DNA of 64,000 nt. It comes from Fidelibacterota bacterium (GTDB taxonomy: Bacteria; Fidelibacterota; UBA8477; JABMPR01). The stretch lies in contig JABMQQ010000174.1 of the NCBI GenBank assembly GCA_013202495.1, positions 3,142-67,141 on the forward strand, given 5' to 3'. Under the pieces are notes generated by a model. The model saw only the letters and a list, made by a program, of their open reading frames with translations, was not told where the DNA came from and made no database searches. A program made the position numbers and the translations under genes. Below, piece after piece: positions 31,159 through 41,096 of this stretch. Each line of letters starts with the position of its first letter. The stretch's first letter is position 1.

Positions 31159-31587
31159 TCACACACTTAGATTTTCATATATAGTACGCCTTAGCGCTTT
31201 GACTGCAAAAGCTGCCATTATTTCAAGTTCTTCCTCATGTTCTTCAGGGACATCTAGTAGAACTTTATCATTCCATGGATCACCTACATGGACCCATTTA
31301 TTTCGGTATTTTCTAATTTTATGAAGGTCTAATTTTAGAGTATCTTCGATGGAGGATTGATTAATTAACTCAAAAAGACTTTCACGGGACTTTTCCGCAT
31401 ATTCTGACCTTAGATAGGTCTCAATTCCAGCAACAGCCGTTAATATTGCACCTAAATGCGCTTCTCCGACATAAGCCATATCACATTCACGAACAATCGC
31501 GGAGCACCATTCAGAGAGGATTACACCACCCTGTAGCAATTCATCATCTAGAGAGCATAACCACTCCCAACGATCAGTTTTATTCAT
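31159..31587 (-). CDS. HEPN-like protein
   Basis: AGIETYL and Rx4H motif RNKWVH. Confidence 0.6.
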   Translation of the reverse strand: MNKTDRWEWLCSLDDELLQGGVILSEWCSAIVRECDMAYVGEAHLGAILTAVAGIETYLRSEYAEKSRESLFELINQSSIEDTLKLDLHKIRKYRNKWVHVGDPWNDKVLLDVPEEHEEELEIMAAFAVKALRRTIYENLSV

Positions 31588-31621
31588 TTGCTATCTACCT
31601 CTACCATTTAAATGCTCATTA

Positions 31622-32191
31622 CTACTCATTAAATGAAGAATATGAAATTTTACGCCCCAATAATTTCAAGTTATCAATATTGGGGATGGATACCTCTGGA
31701 TGTATGGAGTTGATGATGAAGTCCTCTCTAAGTTGCATTAGCAATCTTCCCAGGGCATTTGTACCAATATAATGATCATCTTTCAAGGCTGCTCCCCAGA
31801 TCTTACCATCAGGCGCTTCCTCAACTATTGGCAAATCTTTAGTGAGTAACAAAACTCTTGAGAAATTTTCCCAGTTTTGAATTAGCTTAATCTCTATGCA
31901 CATTTTCATTATTGAAAATTGTATTCTCTTCCAGTCATCCCGCGTATCCCCATAATACTTTTTGCTTTTCATTTTTGCAGTCATTGGACTGTTTTGATCA
32001 AGTATTATCTTTTGAACATCAGGCTTGTGTGGGTATCTCAGTGATTGATATAATGCTTCAGATGTTTTTACTGGAATTCCATTGACGACCAGAGGGTAGC
32101 CTGGAGCCATATTCGATAAACCACCATATTTACCCTTGGTTGCTTTAAATACGGCACACTCCCCATTTTTATATTTTCTAATCGAGCTCAA
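31622..32191 (-). CDS. NADAR (DUF1768) family protein
   Basis: LSNM, TSEALYQ, VEE...IWG...GTNALGRLLMQLR. Confidence 0.88.
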   Translation of the reverse strand: MSSIRKYKNGECAVFKATKGKYGGLSNMAPGYPLVVNGIPVKTSEALYQSLRYPHKPDVQKIILDQNSPMTAKMKSKKYYGDTRDDWKRIQFSIMKMCIEIKLIQNWENFSRVLLLTKDLPIVEEAPDGKIWGAALKDDHYIGTNALGRLLMQLREDFIINSIHPEVSIPNIDNLKLLGRKISYSSFNE

Positions 32192-32194
32192 TTT

Positions 32195-33235
32195 CTACAA
32201 CCCTCTGTTGGCAACAGGGAATAATGGATACCAACCATTTGCCTCCCACCAATAGACCAAAGGACAGGTATTCGAAACATTTCTCCATGTGAATGCGTGA
32301 CTCCCTGCACCAAATGTCTTATAACTGGGTGGCACAAGCCCCAAAGGTCTTATTGGTCTACTTATATGCTCAATACGATTGATAATTTCGATACCCTTTT
32401 CTAAAATTATCCATTCATACTTTACCCTATTTTCAGGAGAAGAAAAGAAAGCTTCCACCCGTGGTGTTTCAGGCGACCTATATGCAAATTCTTCATTTCT
32501 ATCCGCATTAGTCAATGTTTGGAGGTATTCATCAAATATTTCATGATCAGACCTTTTTACAGGAAATGCATTATTAAAACTTGGGTTGGGATTATAATAA
32601 TTTATCCTTGGATGATTCTCTATTTCTTCGAAACGAATCCAATCAATTTGCCTAACAAAATCACGACTAAATTCGTTCAATAAACTAAACTTTGTATTTG
32701 CGAAACCCCAGGAATGTAAGAAGAAACTAAGATTGATAAGTTTCTTCTCCTGACCCAGGAAGTTTTCAACGCCGAATTCACTTATCAGGGGGATAATATC
32801 CCTTTTAAAGCTTCCTCCTGAGGCGAACACATCATCTAAGTATACCCAGTATTTTGCTTTGCTATTGCCCTTTTTTATGTCAACTCCATACTCAGACTTT
32901 GTAAGGTCATTGAGAAATTCTAACAATACTGATTGGCTCTTATGATCAGCTTGCAAATTTAAAAAGTGTGATTGTTGAAGAAAGGTGATCGTTTCGTCGA
33001 AGCCATATTTGTTTGTGAGAAATTCTAAAGATTCTTTTAATCCTGATATAGCATCTGGTTTTGATAAATAGGATTTTGGCAGGATGTTAAGCAGTTCCTC
33101 AAGTAAGAATTTTCTGTCATTAACCTCGAATTGATTAGCCCATGTTAAAATTCGATTTATATCGATCCTAATTCCATCATTACTTCGGTAATCATGCAAT
33201 ATGTCAGCTATTTTATTGGCAGTATTTTCCATCAA
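32195..33235 (-). CDS. Phosphoribosyltransferase-like (PRTase-CE type) protein
   Basis: PRPP-loop YLDDVFASGGS; C-terminal NVSNTCPLVYW...WYPLFP. Confidence 0.7.
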   Translation of the reverse strand: MMENTANKIADILHDYRSNDGIRIDINRILTWANQFEVNDRKFLLEELLNILPKSYLSKPDAISGLKESLEFLTNKYGFDETITFLQQSHFLNLQADHKSQSVLLEFLNDLTKSEYGVDIKKGNSKAKYWVYLDDVFASGGSFKRDIIPLISEFGVENFLGQEKKLINLSFFLHSWGFANTKFSLLNEFSRDFVRQIDWIRFEEIENHPRINYYNPNPSFNNAFPVKRSDHEIFDEYLQTLTNADRNEEFAYRSPETPRVEAFFSSPENRVKYEWIILEKGIEIINRIEHISRPIRPLGLVPPSYKTFGAGSHAFTWRNVSNTCPLVYWWEANGWYPLFPVANRGL

Positions 33236-33241
33236 AAATCC

Positions 33242-34123
33242 TTATTCATCAACCAGTTTTTGCGAATGTGTTACCAACTCTTTAAAATCACTTTCTTTAA
33301 TGATTCGAATATTCTGTCCTTCAGATATCAGAAGCTCTGCCTTGCGATGTTTTGAACTTTTCTCACTACCAGCCAGCCGTGATATGTCTTGATCTCCCAC
33401 AACCAATAGACTTGTCTTTTTATTCACACCAGAATTTACTGTGCATCCAATTTTCGCCGCTAATTCGACAGCTTCTCTACGGGGAATTTCTAAGGCTCCT
33501 GTAAATACCAGGACTTCACCATACAATTCACCATCGTGATTGCCCTCTACATTCCTAGCAGAGTGATAAGATTTCTTTGTTGGATCTATAGGCTTATTAA
33601 CTCGTCCTACCCATGACTCAATATCTAAACCGGTGGTTTCGATTGCTGCTAGAAGGACCATCCCAGCTGCCTTGGCATCTTCAAGAGCGTCATGGTGTTT
33701 AAATTCGTATCCAATCTTTTTACAGACATCTGCAAGACCATATCCGCGCCATCTGCAGTCCTCCCATGTTCGCCTAGCAACCTTGGCAGAGTCTAGCCAC
33801 ACGCTATCATATTCCTCAAGACTGTACTTATTTAATGCTCTTCCTATGGCGACTCTATCAAAATGAGTATGACAAACACAAATGGCATTGTTCAGGAAAC
33901 TTCCTAAAATAATACCTATTTCGGGGATAGTTGGAGCCCCGATAACATCAGTTTCAGATATTCCATGAATTCCAACATTGATAGGGCTGAAATAATCACC
34001 GGGGTTAATTAACGATGACCATTCTTCAACCAATTTACCATCTACATATTTAGCAATACCAATCTGACAAATAGAAGCCATATCTGCATTTGCGGTTTCA
34101 ACATCAATTGCTATAAAATTCAC
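33242..34123 (-). CDS. DEDDh 3'-5' exonuclease with C-terminal BRCT domain
   Basis: IDVETAN, HHDALEDA; VFTGAL...VNKKTSLLVVG...SSKHRKA. Confidence 0.9.
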   Translation of the reverse strand: MNFIAIDVETANADMASICQIGIAKYVDGKLVEEWSSLINPGDYFSPINVGIHGISETDVIGAPTIPEIGIILGSFLNNAICVCHTHFDRVAIGRALNKYSLEEYDSVWLDSAKVARRTWEDCRWRGYGLADVCKKIGYEFKHHDALEDAKAAGMVLLAAIETTGLDIESWVGRVNKPIDPTKKSYHSARNVEGNHDGELYGEVLVFTGALEIPRREAVELAAKIGCTVNSGVNKKTSLLVVGDQDISRLAGSEKSSKHRKAELLISEGQNIRIIKESDFKELVTHSQKLVDE

Positions 34124-34133
34124 GTCTTAATCC

Positions 34134-34613
34134 TTAAGATTGAGCTTTACCAAGTTTAGTGATATCGTTGGTATAAGTCACTTTCATACCGGTTCTAGAA
34201 CAGAAGAGGTCACGTTCTTCCGACACATCAACATTTAAATCTTCGTCACGCAGCCCTTGCCATTGAGCTAGATAATGTAATGACCCATATTTTTCATTCT
34301 TTTGTGTTGGTTTCTCTGTGCCGCCTTTCCAATTAAGAACAGGTAGTTCACCATTCTTTGCTTTCCTGGCTATTTCAGGATCTTTCAACGCAAGTTTTCT
34401 CCCAACCTCCCAGGAAGCGATCAACCCTTTATCTGGACCTTTCCAAAGTTCTTCCCAAGAAATTTTTCCTCGTATTGGTTTCTGAGTTGATCTATAAATT
34501 TGCATAGTCATAATAGGGTCTCCTGGATGGTCTAATGCCATCAAATTTGGGACAAGGATGCTTTTTATCCCAGGGCTGTAGAGTCGTCGAACTACGGTCA
34601 GGGCATCGGCCAT
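34134..34613 (-). CDS. Hypothetical protein
   Basis: Operonic ORF; true start probably internal. Confidence 0.6.
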   Translation of the reverse strand: MADALTVVRRLYSPGIKSILVPNLMALDHPGDPIMTMQIYRSTQKPIRGKISWEELWKGPDKGLIASWEVGRKLALKDPEIARKAKNGELPVLNWKGGTEKPTQKNEKYGSLHYLAQWQGLRDEDLNVDVSEERDLFCSRTGMKVTYTNDITKLGKAQS

Positions 34614-35695
34614 CCTTTTGCTAACCCCTCAGCAACAATTTTATCAATAGTTTTTGAATCTAGATCATATTTGGCGGCAATTAATCGATCAGCTGCTCGT
34701 CCTTCATAGCCATCGTCCTGAGCTTTAACCAATTCATAGAATATTTTCTTCTTTTTATTAACCGAAATGGTTATTGCTTCAAACTTCTTAGGGGCAAGAC
34801 CTGTTGCGTTCCCAACAGTAATTTTCATTTCGTGTTGACTGTAATCGCCAGTTGTGACATGATCTGATTTTGACCAGTTGCCATATGGAGCCCAGACAAC
34901 TCTTCCTGCAGTGAAGCCTCTGCCAATATCAGATTCTGGTAAATAGTATAAAAGCAATATGGCATTATGGGGTCTCTCAATTTTTTGTTTCTCAATTACC
35001 TTCTCACTGATACTCATTAATTGTTTTGAATCTAGAACAGATTCAACTATGATTTTAATCGCAAACCTTGCAACATCTTTAAAACTGTCATTCTCGACTT
35101 TAACAATTTCATACGGTAAAACTGAATTAATTTTTTGTGCTTTCTTCTTTTTCCGTGGATTTAATAAAGGAGCGTAAACATAGCCAATTGCGTTGGATTC
35201 ACCGATTGTCTTTTGACCTAAATTGAATATTGCATACCAATTATCCTTTAAATAAAAAGCCTTCACGTCCTGACCTTGCTTGAGCTTTGAAACAATTTTC
35301 GAGTTAGATTCGCGTTTTTCTCTTACATTCACATTAGTGTAAGGTGCTTTGACTATGCCCCAATCGCTTGTCTTAATTCCAGACAACACCTCATTTTTTC
35401 TTACCCACCCAGTTGTGATTACTGTAGAATCTGAGAGTACGTTAACTTTGCACCAATCTGATGGGCTTTCTTTTGTTTCAAGTATTTCTAATTTTGTGTT
35501 TAACCTTGCCTTCAAGAGAACGTCTGAATTGTTAACTATCGACTTAGGGTTTTGTGCTGGTGATTTTGTTACAGAAAAATGATTGACAATATAGACTTCA
35601 CCAGGTTGTGGACCTGCATTTTCAACATTACAGCGGATCAAGTTTAAGACTAATAATATGGATAATAGTAGTATTGGTCTTTGCATTATTGACAT
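34598..35695 (-). CDS. SH3b-domain lipoprotein
   Basis: NVNVREKRESNSKIVSKLKQGQDV...WYAI...GYVY. Confidence 0.7.
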   Translation of the reverse strand: MSIMQRPILLLSILLVLNLIRCNVENAGPQPGEVYIVNHFSVTKSPAQNPKSIVNNSDVLLKARLNTKLEILETKESPSDWCKVNVLSDSTVITTGWVRKNEVLSGIKTSDWGIVKAPYTNVNVREKRESNSKIVSKLKQGQDVKAFYLKDNWYAIFNLGQKTIGESNAIGYVYAPLLNPRKKKKAQKINSVLPYEIVKVENDSFKDVARFAIKIIVESVLDSKQLMSISEKVIEKQKIERPHNAILLLYYLPESDIGRGFTAGRVVWAPYGNWSKSDHVTTGDYSQHEMKITVGNATGLAPKKFEAITISVNKKKKIFYELVKAQDDGYEGRAADRLIAAKYDLDSKTIDKIVAEGLAKGWPMP

Positions 35696-35766
35696 TCCTT
35701 ATGCTGCTAATTTGATCTTTATATACCTAGCGCCCCGCGCTTTAGTTGCATTCTAAAACAGCTTTA

Positions 35767-36180
35767 TCATATTGAATCACTTTTATGAGTGCCTCTGATT
35801 TCATCTGAATTCATTCTCTTGAATATTAAATAATAGATAATATCGTACAAAGTCAGCACTATCCAGCCAACGACATTAAATGCAACAGCAAACAGAAACC
35901 AACCAACATAAAGAGCTATTTTTAGCATGAAAAATGTGATACTGATACCAATATTCATAACGATCATCAACATCGTCACTAGAATCCCAATTATTGCCCC
36001 ATCAACCCCCTTGCCCCAGGATTGCCGAATGTATAACCCTTTAATACCAGTTCTCAGGCTAAAGCCTTTTGCTCCAACTGATCCAAACTTAGTTCTTATA
36101 GATGGAGATGCACCCGACTTGCTCAGATTGAGTCCAAGACCAGACCCTAGATTCATTCTTCGTTGGATTCTAAAACTCAT
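35767..36180 (-). CDS. DUF4236-like membrane protein
   Basis: FRIQRRMNLGSGLGLNLSKSG...TGIKGLY followed by TM helices. Confidence 0.75.
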   Translation of the reverse strand: MSFRIQRRMNLGSGLGLNLSKSGASPSIRTKFGSVGAKGFSLRTGIKGLYIRQSWGKGVDGAIIGILVTMLMIVMNIGISITFFMLKIALYVGWFLFAVAFNVVGWIVLTLYDIIYYLIFKRMNSDEIRGTHKSDSI

Positions 36181-36245
36181 GGTTTAACCCCCAATTACTG
36201 GGTACGACTTGTAACTACATTCTAAACCTGTTTGTGAGGTGTGGG

Positions 36246-36833
36246 TCAAGTAGCTGATTCTCCACCGCCTTCTAGATTTGGTGTTTCGAGGTTTAATAGT
36301 AATAATTCTTCCTGGAGTGTCTTTCCCGGCTCCATTATGATAGCCCAACTTTCCTTGATTTCTACTCTATAGTCAATATCTGGATTTCTAACATGAGCTA
36401 GGTCATGGTGAGAGGCCGCAAATAGAAGAAATTGGTGAAAGGCTGCCCGAGATTCAGGCATTAGGAAAAGACAATTATTTCGCCACCAATCTTCCGCTTG
36501 TTCTATCATTGGCTCCAACAGCCCTGGCTTGTGTACAAATCGCACAATACTTGACCAAATAGCAAACGCTTTTTGATGAGTATCTAATTTCCGGTCAAGT
36601 GAAGTCACCATAAGTTCACGTCTAAATTTCACATTTGCGAAGTATGATTGTGTATAGAAGGTTATTAATCCTCCAATTATCATCGCCAATAATGGTATGA
36701 ATATTTGGAAACCACCAATATATGAATACAGAATAATTAGTAATGTCCATCCGATATTTATTATCAAAAGCAACTTTGACTTGAACAAACCTAGGAGTTG
36801 TTGTTTTAGTTTCGCCTTATCAATCCACTTCAC
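36246..36833 (-). CDS. Hypothetical membrane-anchored protein
   Basis: N-terminal TM helices; GGAGG RBS. Confidence 0.65.
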   Translation of the reverse strand: MKWIDKAKLKQQLLGLFKSKLLLIINIGWTLLIILYSYIGGFQIFIPLLAMIIGGLITFYTQSYFANVKFRRELMVTSLDRKLDTHQKAFAIWSSIVRFVHKPGLLEPMIEQAEDWWRNNCLFLMPESRAAFHQFLLFAASHHDLAHVRNPDIDYRVEIKESWAIIMEPGKTLQEELLLLNLETPNLEGGGESAT

Positions 36834-36932
36834 ACCCTAATCCTCCATATCTCTAACACCTATACTATACTCTCAATTTTTCACACTCGTCTATCGCCTG
36901 GATATCCTCAGGCTCATACCTATGCTCCATTA

Positions 36933-37700
36933 TCAGAAATAAAACGACAATCCTAGCATCGCTTTCGATGTCAGGTATGCTCTGGGTGACGAAGATTCTG
37001 CTTTTGTTACAGAAGAAACGACCCCGTCAATATTGGTTGTCGTCTCATGCTTAGATTCAGAGTAGCGAAAAGTCATTGAAGTATTGTATTCAACAGTTAT
37101 GCTCAAAGGTTTTGCGACCCTCCATTCCATCCCAACAATCCCTCTGATACCAAGCCCAGCACTCCAATATGAAGTGTCTTCTATTCTAATGGGGTTCTCG
37201 TATTCAACATATCGGCTACGCACATTCCTGATGTTGTGCGAGAACGACCCGGAAATAGAAGGACCCCCTCCCCAATACCAGCTAACAGTGCTTGCCGATT
37301 GTGTATGTCTCAGATTGTACCGTCCGATGCTTATGCTAAACTGGTTCCTAGAATCTACCCTTGTGTTTGTTTCATCATAGGAGCTGTCAGGATCATAGAA
37401 AAAATATTGTGATTCAGAATCTCTTGTATCCTCAGACCACCCACCATCAAGTGTAAGTGAGTAACGAATTTCTTTCTCTGGTGATTCAAATCTTTTGTAC
37501 GATAATGTTTTGCCATCAAATGATGCAAACCTGAACGCTTCAATGTACTGCAGTTGGATAGCATGGGTCAACTCAGGTGATTTTGTGCAGGTCTCGGTAG
37601 AATCTGGCCAGAGTAGTGTGTTATTTTCCTTTTGTAATTGGTTGTCCTGCCCTAGGAGGGCTACTACGATTATTAGTAATATCACTACAATCTTTTTCAT
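36933..37700 (-). CDS. Outer-membrane beta-barrel protein
   Basis: Signal peptide; alternating beta strands; terminal LGLSFYF. Confidence 0.8.
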   Translation of the reverse strand: MKKIVVILLIIVVALLGQDNQLQKENNTLLWPDSTETCTKSPELTHAIQLQYIEAFRFASFDGKTLSYKRFESPEKEIRYSLTLDGGWSEDTRDSESQYFFYDPDSSYDETNTRVDSRNQFSISIGRYNLRHTQSASTVSWYWGGGPSISGSFSHNIRNVRSRYVEYENPIRIEDTSYWSAGLGIRGIVGMEWRVAKPLSITVEYNTSMTFRYSESKHETTTNIDGVVSSVTKAESSSPRAYLTSKAMLGLSFYF

Positions 37701-37712
37701 GTTTGCTCTCTT

Positions 37713-38072
37713 CTATTTAATTTTGGTATCTCGTTGGAGAATTCCTGAAAGATGACCAGGGTATGTTGAATCCAGCGTGGCAATATTTTGCATATAGAAC
37801 TGATATTTGATCGGTTCACCATCGTAAATCTCAAGACCATACAACTCTGAGAGAGATCCCTCAAGGTCTATTATTTGGATCTCCAAAGCCTTAGGGTAGT
37901 CTTCTTCTAGAAGGTAATTAATGGTTAGCAGATTAGCATTTGCATGACTATCAGCTACTAACTCATGTGTGGTTAGAAAATATCCCCAACCCAAGTACAA
38001 TGTGACTGCTGCTGTGATGATGATTGTTAAACAATAACCGACGATATGCTTTACTTTTGTCATGATTACCAT
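37713..38072 (-). CDS. Hypothetical membrane-anchored protein
   Basis: Single N-terminal TM helix. Confidence 0.6.
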   Translation of the reverse strand: MVIMTKVKHIVGYCLTIIITAAVTLYLGWGYFLTTHELVADSHANANLLTINYLLEEDYPKALEIQIIDLEGSLSELYGLEIYDGEPIKYQFYMQNIATLDSTYPGHLSGILQRDTKIK

Positions 38073-38075
38073 CCA

Positions 38076-38369
38076 CTACTTCGTTTGCTCAATAGTCATA
38101 ACCTCACCACACTTCGGACAACCATCCCTAACAATCCAAGGCACAACATTTGATGAATTGCATTCAGGGCATCTGTTCAGAAAACTTGGTGTAACATCAG
38201 GATCATCGACAAACATCCCACCATGGAATTCTATAGGAACTTCGACTAAGGATTTGCATCCTAGACAGTGCCTGGTATCGACCGTAGCAATAGGTGCTCT
38301 ATCGGGCTCGTCCCAGACTTCTGCTGTATAGCCACAGGCGTTGCATTTGTATTTTAAAATTTCGCTAAT
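38076..38369 (-). CDS. Four-CxxC zinc-ribbon protein with apparent ATT start (not in ORF track)
   Basis: ISEILKYKCNACGY...CLGC...CPEC...CPKCGEVM; GGGGCAATC precedes the ATT. Confidence 0.7.
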   Translation of the reverse strand: MSEILKYKCNACGYTAEVWDEPDRAPIATVDTRHCLGCKSLVEVPIEFHGGMFVDDPDVTPSFLNRCPECNSSNVVPWIVRDGCPKCGEVMTIEQTK

Positions 38370-38388
38370 GATTGCCCCAGTTCGTACT

Positions 38389-39777
38389 CTATCTCAATAC
38401 TACCACTTTTCGCGTAGCTGATTGGTGACCTGATCGGACTTCCATCAGATACACACCATTCTGTACAAGTCTACCAGATGAACTCAATCCACTCCATGAA
38501 ACTGAATGGACACCGGGTTCGGTGTGTTTAAGCGATCGCGAGAAAACTAGACGACCGGCTATATCATAAATTGAAAGTTGAACATTTCCGCGTTCTAGTA
38601 GTGAATATTCGAGTGTTGTGTTGGGATTGAAAGGTGATGGGTACACACGGTTAATCATAATTGATTGTGGCAACTCTGGTTCTGGATTTATCGCTCCAGG
38701 GTCGACCTTGTCTTTTGCCCACCACAGTTCACTACCAGTTTCTGTTTGGTGCTCCCAGAAAACAGTTATTGAATCACCCCAAGTGAAAGTAACAACCGGT
38801 GAAGTATCATTACCTGGCATATCTGATATGTTTATTGGGTTACCATACCACACTGGCAAAAAGTAAACATCTAAATCATCCTGAAATGAATCACTTACAG
38901 CTACAACAAAATCTTGACCAATGTCACGCGCAACAAGCCAGTAACCAGTATAAAATGCTGGATTTGTGAGATTATATCCACTATTCGAAGATGTATCCGC
39001 TGCTGCGGGGAAAAAGGGATCAGTATTAATCACTATATGCCAATATCCATCCATAAATATTTCATATGAACAGCCCCAGCTTGAACCTAAAGTTGGATTG
39101 CGAGATGGGTACTGTGAGCTAATAACTTCAATTTGCGGATCATCCTCGTCATGTTCCATTATTAGATATTTAATCTGGGCACTATCAACAGGACCAGATT
39201 CATAGATTAGAGCCACTTCCCAATTCGTCCCATACCTCTGATTGAAAATCGCTGGGCTACGGCATTCAGCTGTATCAACTACGATCGGATTCATTGCGGC
39301 ATCGTCCATATCTTTAAATAAAAGATCACCATCTTCTACCCATGACAACCAAAAACCATGTGGTGCCGGTTGACTTGGGTTATTCAGGGAGTCTTGTAGG
39401 AGAATAGGAGTTGTGCCACCTCCTACACCATGTTGAGACCAAAACTCACCATCAAATCGGTCAAAGTATACGTACCCCTCCTCATTCACGGCGAGGTTAG
39501 TGATAAGAGAATCGCTTTGGTAGACCAAGGCAGGTTCATGGAGTTCCATAGCTACTTGCATCAGATAGATGGAATAGGTACCATCCTGGATATTTACCCA
39601 TGACAAATAACTATCATTACTGTAATCGAAGTATGTTCCAAGAGTAGCATCTGTATTCTGCCCTGGTATGGTTATAAGTGGAGCTTTTGTAAAGGAAACT
39701 CCCTGCGCAAACAATGATCCCATTAGTAGAATAGTGACTATTGCCAGTTTAATGAGTATACTTGTTGGTTTTGCCAT
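38389..39777 (-). CDS. Secreted protein with FlgD-Ig/T9SS-type tail
   Basis: VYPSPFNPNTT...RKVVVLR; paralog of 9437..10786. Confidence 0.8.
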   Translation of the reverse strand: MAKPTSILIKLAIVTILLMGSLFAQGVSFTKAPLITIPGQNTDATLGTYFDYSNDSYLSWVNIQDGTYSIYLMQVAMELHEPALVYQSDSLITNLAVNEEGYVYFDRFDGEFWSQHGVGGGTTPILLQDSLNNPSQPAPHGFWLSWVEDGDLLFKDMDDAAMNPIVVDTAECRSPAIFNQRYGTNWEVALIYESGPVDSAQIKYLIMEHDEDDPQIEVISSQYPSRNPTLGSSWGCSYEIFMDGYWHIVINTDPFFPAAADTSSNSGYNLTNPAFYTGYWLVARDIGQDFVVAVSDSFQDDLDVYFLPVWYGNPINISDMPGNDTSPVVTFTWGDSITVFWEHQTETGSELWWAKDKVDPGAINPEPELPQSIMINRVYPSPFNPNTTLEYSLLERGNVQLSIYDIAGRLVFSRSLKHTEPGVHSVSWSGLSSSGRLVQNGVYLMEVRSGHQSATRKVVVLR

Positions 39778-39878
39778 GGATTGCCCCCAATCTGCCTGAA
39801 TCTAGTCAGAATGAGCACAGTATCAAAAGATTTGGGGCACCATCTTTATGGTTCAACTCTGTGACAGTTTTTCTGTCA

Positions 39879-40868
39879 CTACTGAATTGTAACATCCAAT
39901 GTATTCGAGCCAATTGAGCCAATCCACAATCTACCATCCCCAATATATCTGTTATCCAAGCCAATATTGTGAGGGCCGGCATATTTCATATCGGCTGTAT
40001 AGCTTCCATCAGGAATAAAGGGATAACCCTTAAGTTGAATTGTATGCTCAATACGATTGCCACTCTCTATGAGGGAGAACCAGTCAACCTCCCAACTATC
40101 GTAGGGTTCTGGTGGCTCCACCAATTTATACTGAGAATACAGGTATATCGGATGACCAGGGATACTGGTATCCCACAAGTCAGGACCGTTAGTGTAATAA
40201 TGAAACAGAGCGCTGCCCATCTTTGTAGGGTCTAAAATATAGAGATCATCCTGATCATTATTGCTAATGCGAATACGATATTCAACCGTGGAGGTATCTG
40301 AATTGTCCAGAACTTGGAATGATATTAACTGAATCTTTAAACCAGCGTGAAATAAATCCTGTGTGAGCAGAGCATCTTTGATGTCAGGATCACTTCTGAT
40401 ATCTTCGTCACCCCGCCAAGCTTTTGAAATATGCATTACGTCTGCTGGATAACTACCCACATCCATCTCATCCATATATGGTCCAGCTGGAGCTAGTGAA
40501 AGCAACCCACTGTGTAGGGCACCTACATAAACCCGGGTTCCACCTGAAACTACCACAAAAGGTTTTTGACTTAAGACGGGAGTAAATTGATAGAATCCTT
40601 CATCATAGTTTTCAAAAAAATGACTCTTGTCTTCTTTCAAATAGATGCAGTGAGAGGAATAATCATAAAAATCAATATCACTACTGGACACCCAAGCTTC
40701 ATCCTTTAGAGCAAGACTGCCTATATCCACTTCGGAAGCTTCATGCTCTGAAATGTCAGAATCAGCTAAAAAATAAATTTCAAATGAATTGTTATCTGAC
40801 TTGGGTTCAGAGCATGAGAAAATCAATAAACTCAACGATATAATTGCTAATGTTGCTTGTATTTTCAT
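39879..40868 (-). CDS. Hypothetical lipoprotein
   Basis: Lipobox IFSC. Confidence 0.75.
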   Translation of the reverse strand: MKIQATLAIISLSLLIFSCSEPKSDNNSFEIYFLADSDISEHEASEVDIGSLALKDEAWVSSSDIDFYDYSSHCIYLKEDKSHFFENYDEGFYQFTPVLSQKPFVVVSGGTRVYVGALHSGLLSLAPAGPYMDEMDVGSYPADVMHISKAWRGDEDIRSDPDIKDALLTQDLFHAGLKIQLISFQVLDNSDTSTVEYRIRISNNDQDDLYILDPTKMGSALFHYYTNGPDLWDTSIPGHPIYLYSQYKLVEPPEPYDSWEVDWFSLIESGNRIEHTIQLKGYPFIPDGSYTADMKYAGPHNIGLDNRYIGDGRLWIGSIGSNTLDVTIQ

Positions 40869-40941
40869 TGGATGTGTCCCCCTCGACTAAAGTTGAATCA
40901 ACCTGCCTGAAATCTAGCTCCATTGAGCAGTTTATCAAAAG

Positions 40942-40972
40942 AAAAGCCCCCAGGAACCGAAGTTCCCGAGGG
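40942..40972 (-). terminator. Rho-independent terminator downstream of the PcfJ gene
   Basis: Minus strand GCCCTCGGGAAC-TTCG-GTTCCTGGGGGC-TTTT. Confidence 0.7.
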
Positions 40973-41096
40973 CTTGGGGGGATGATAATGTAGTTGAGTG
41001 CTTTAATAATCAAAAGTTCAATTTCCACCAATCCTTGATGAGTTTCTTTGAATACACGTCTTCAAGTTTCTTTCCATTCTTGTCTCAATTATCGGT

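Noticed and set aside
10806-36857. Isolated attC-like cores at 10806, ~35725 and ~36851
   Set aside because: No matching R''/L boxes found; they could be remnants but are unsupported
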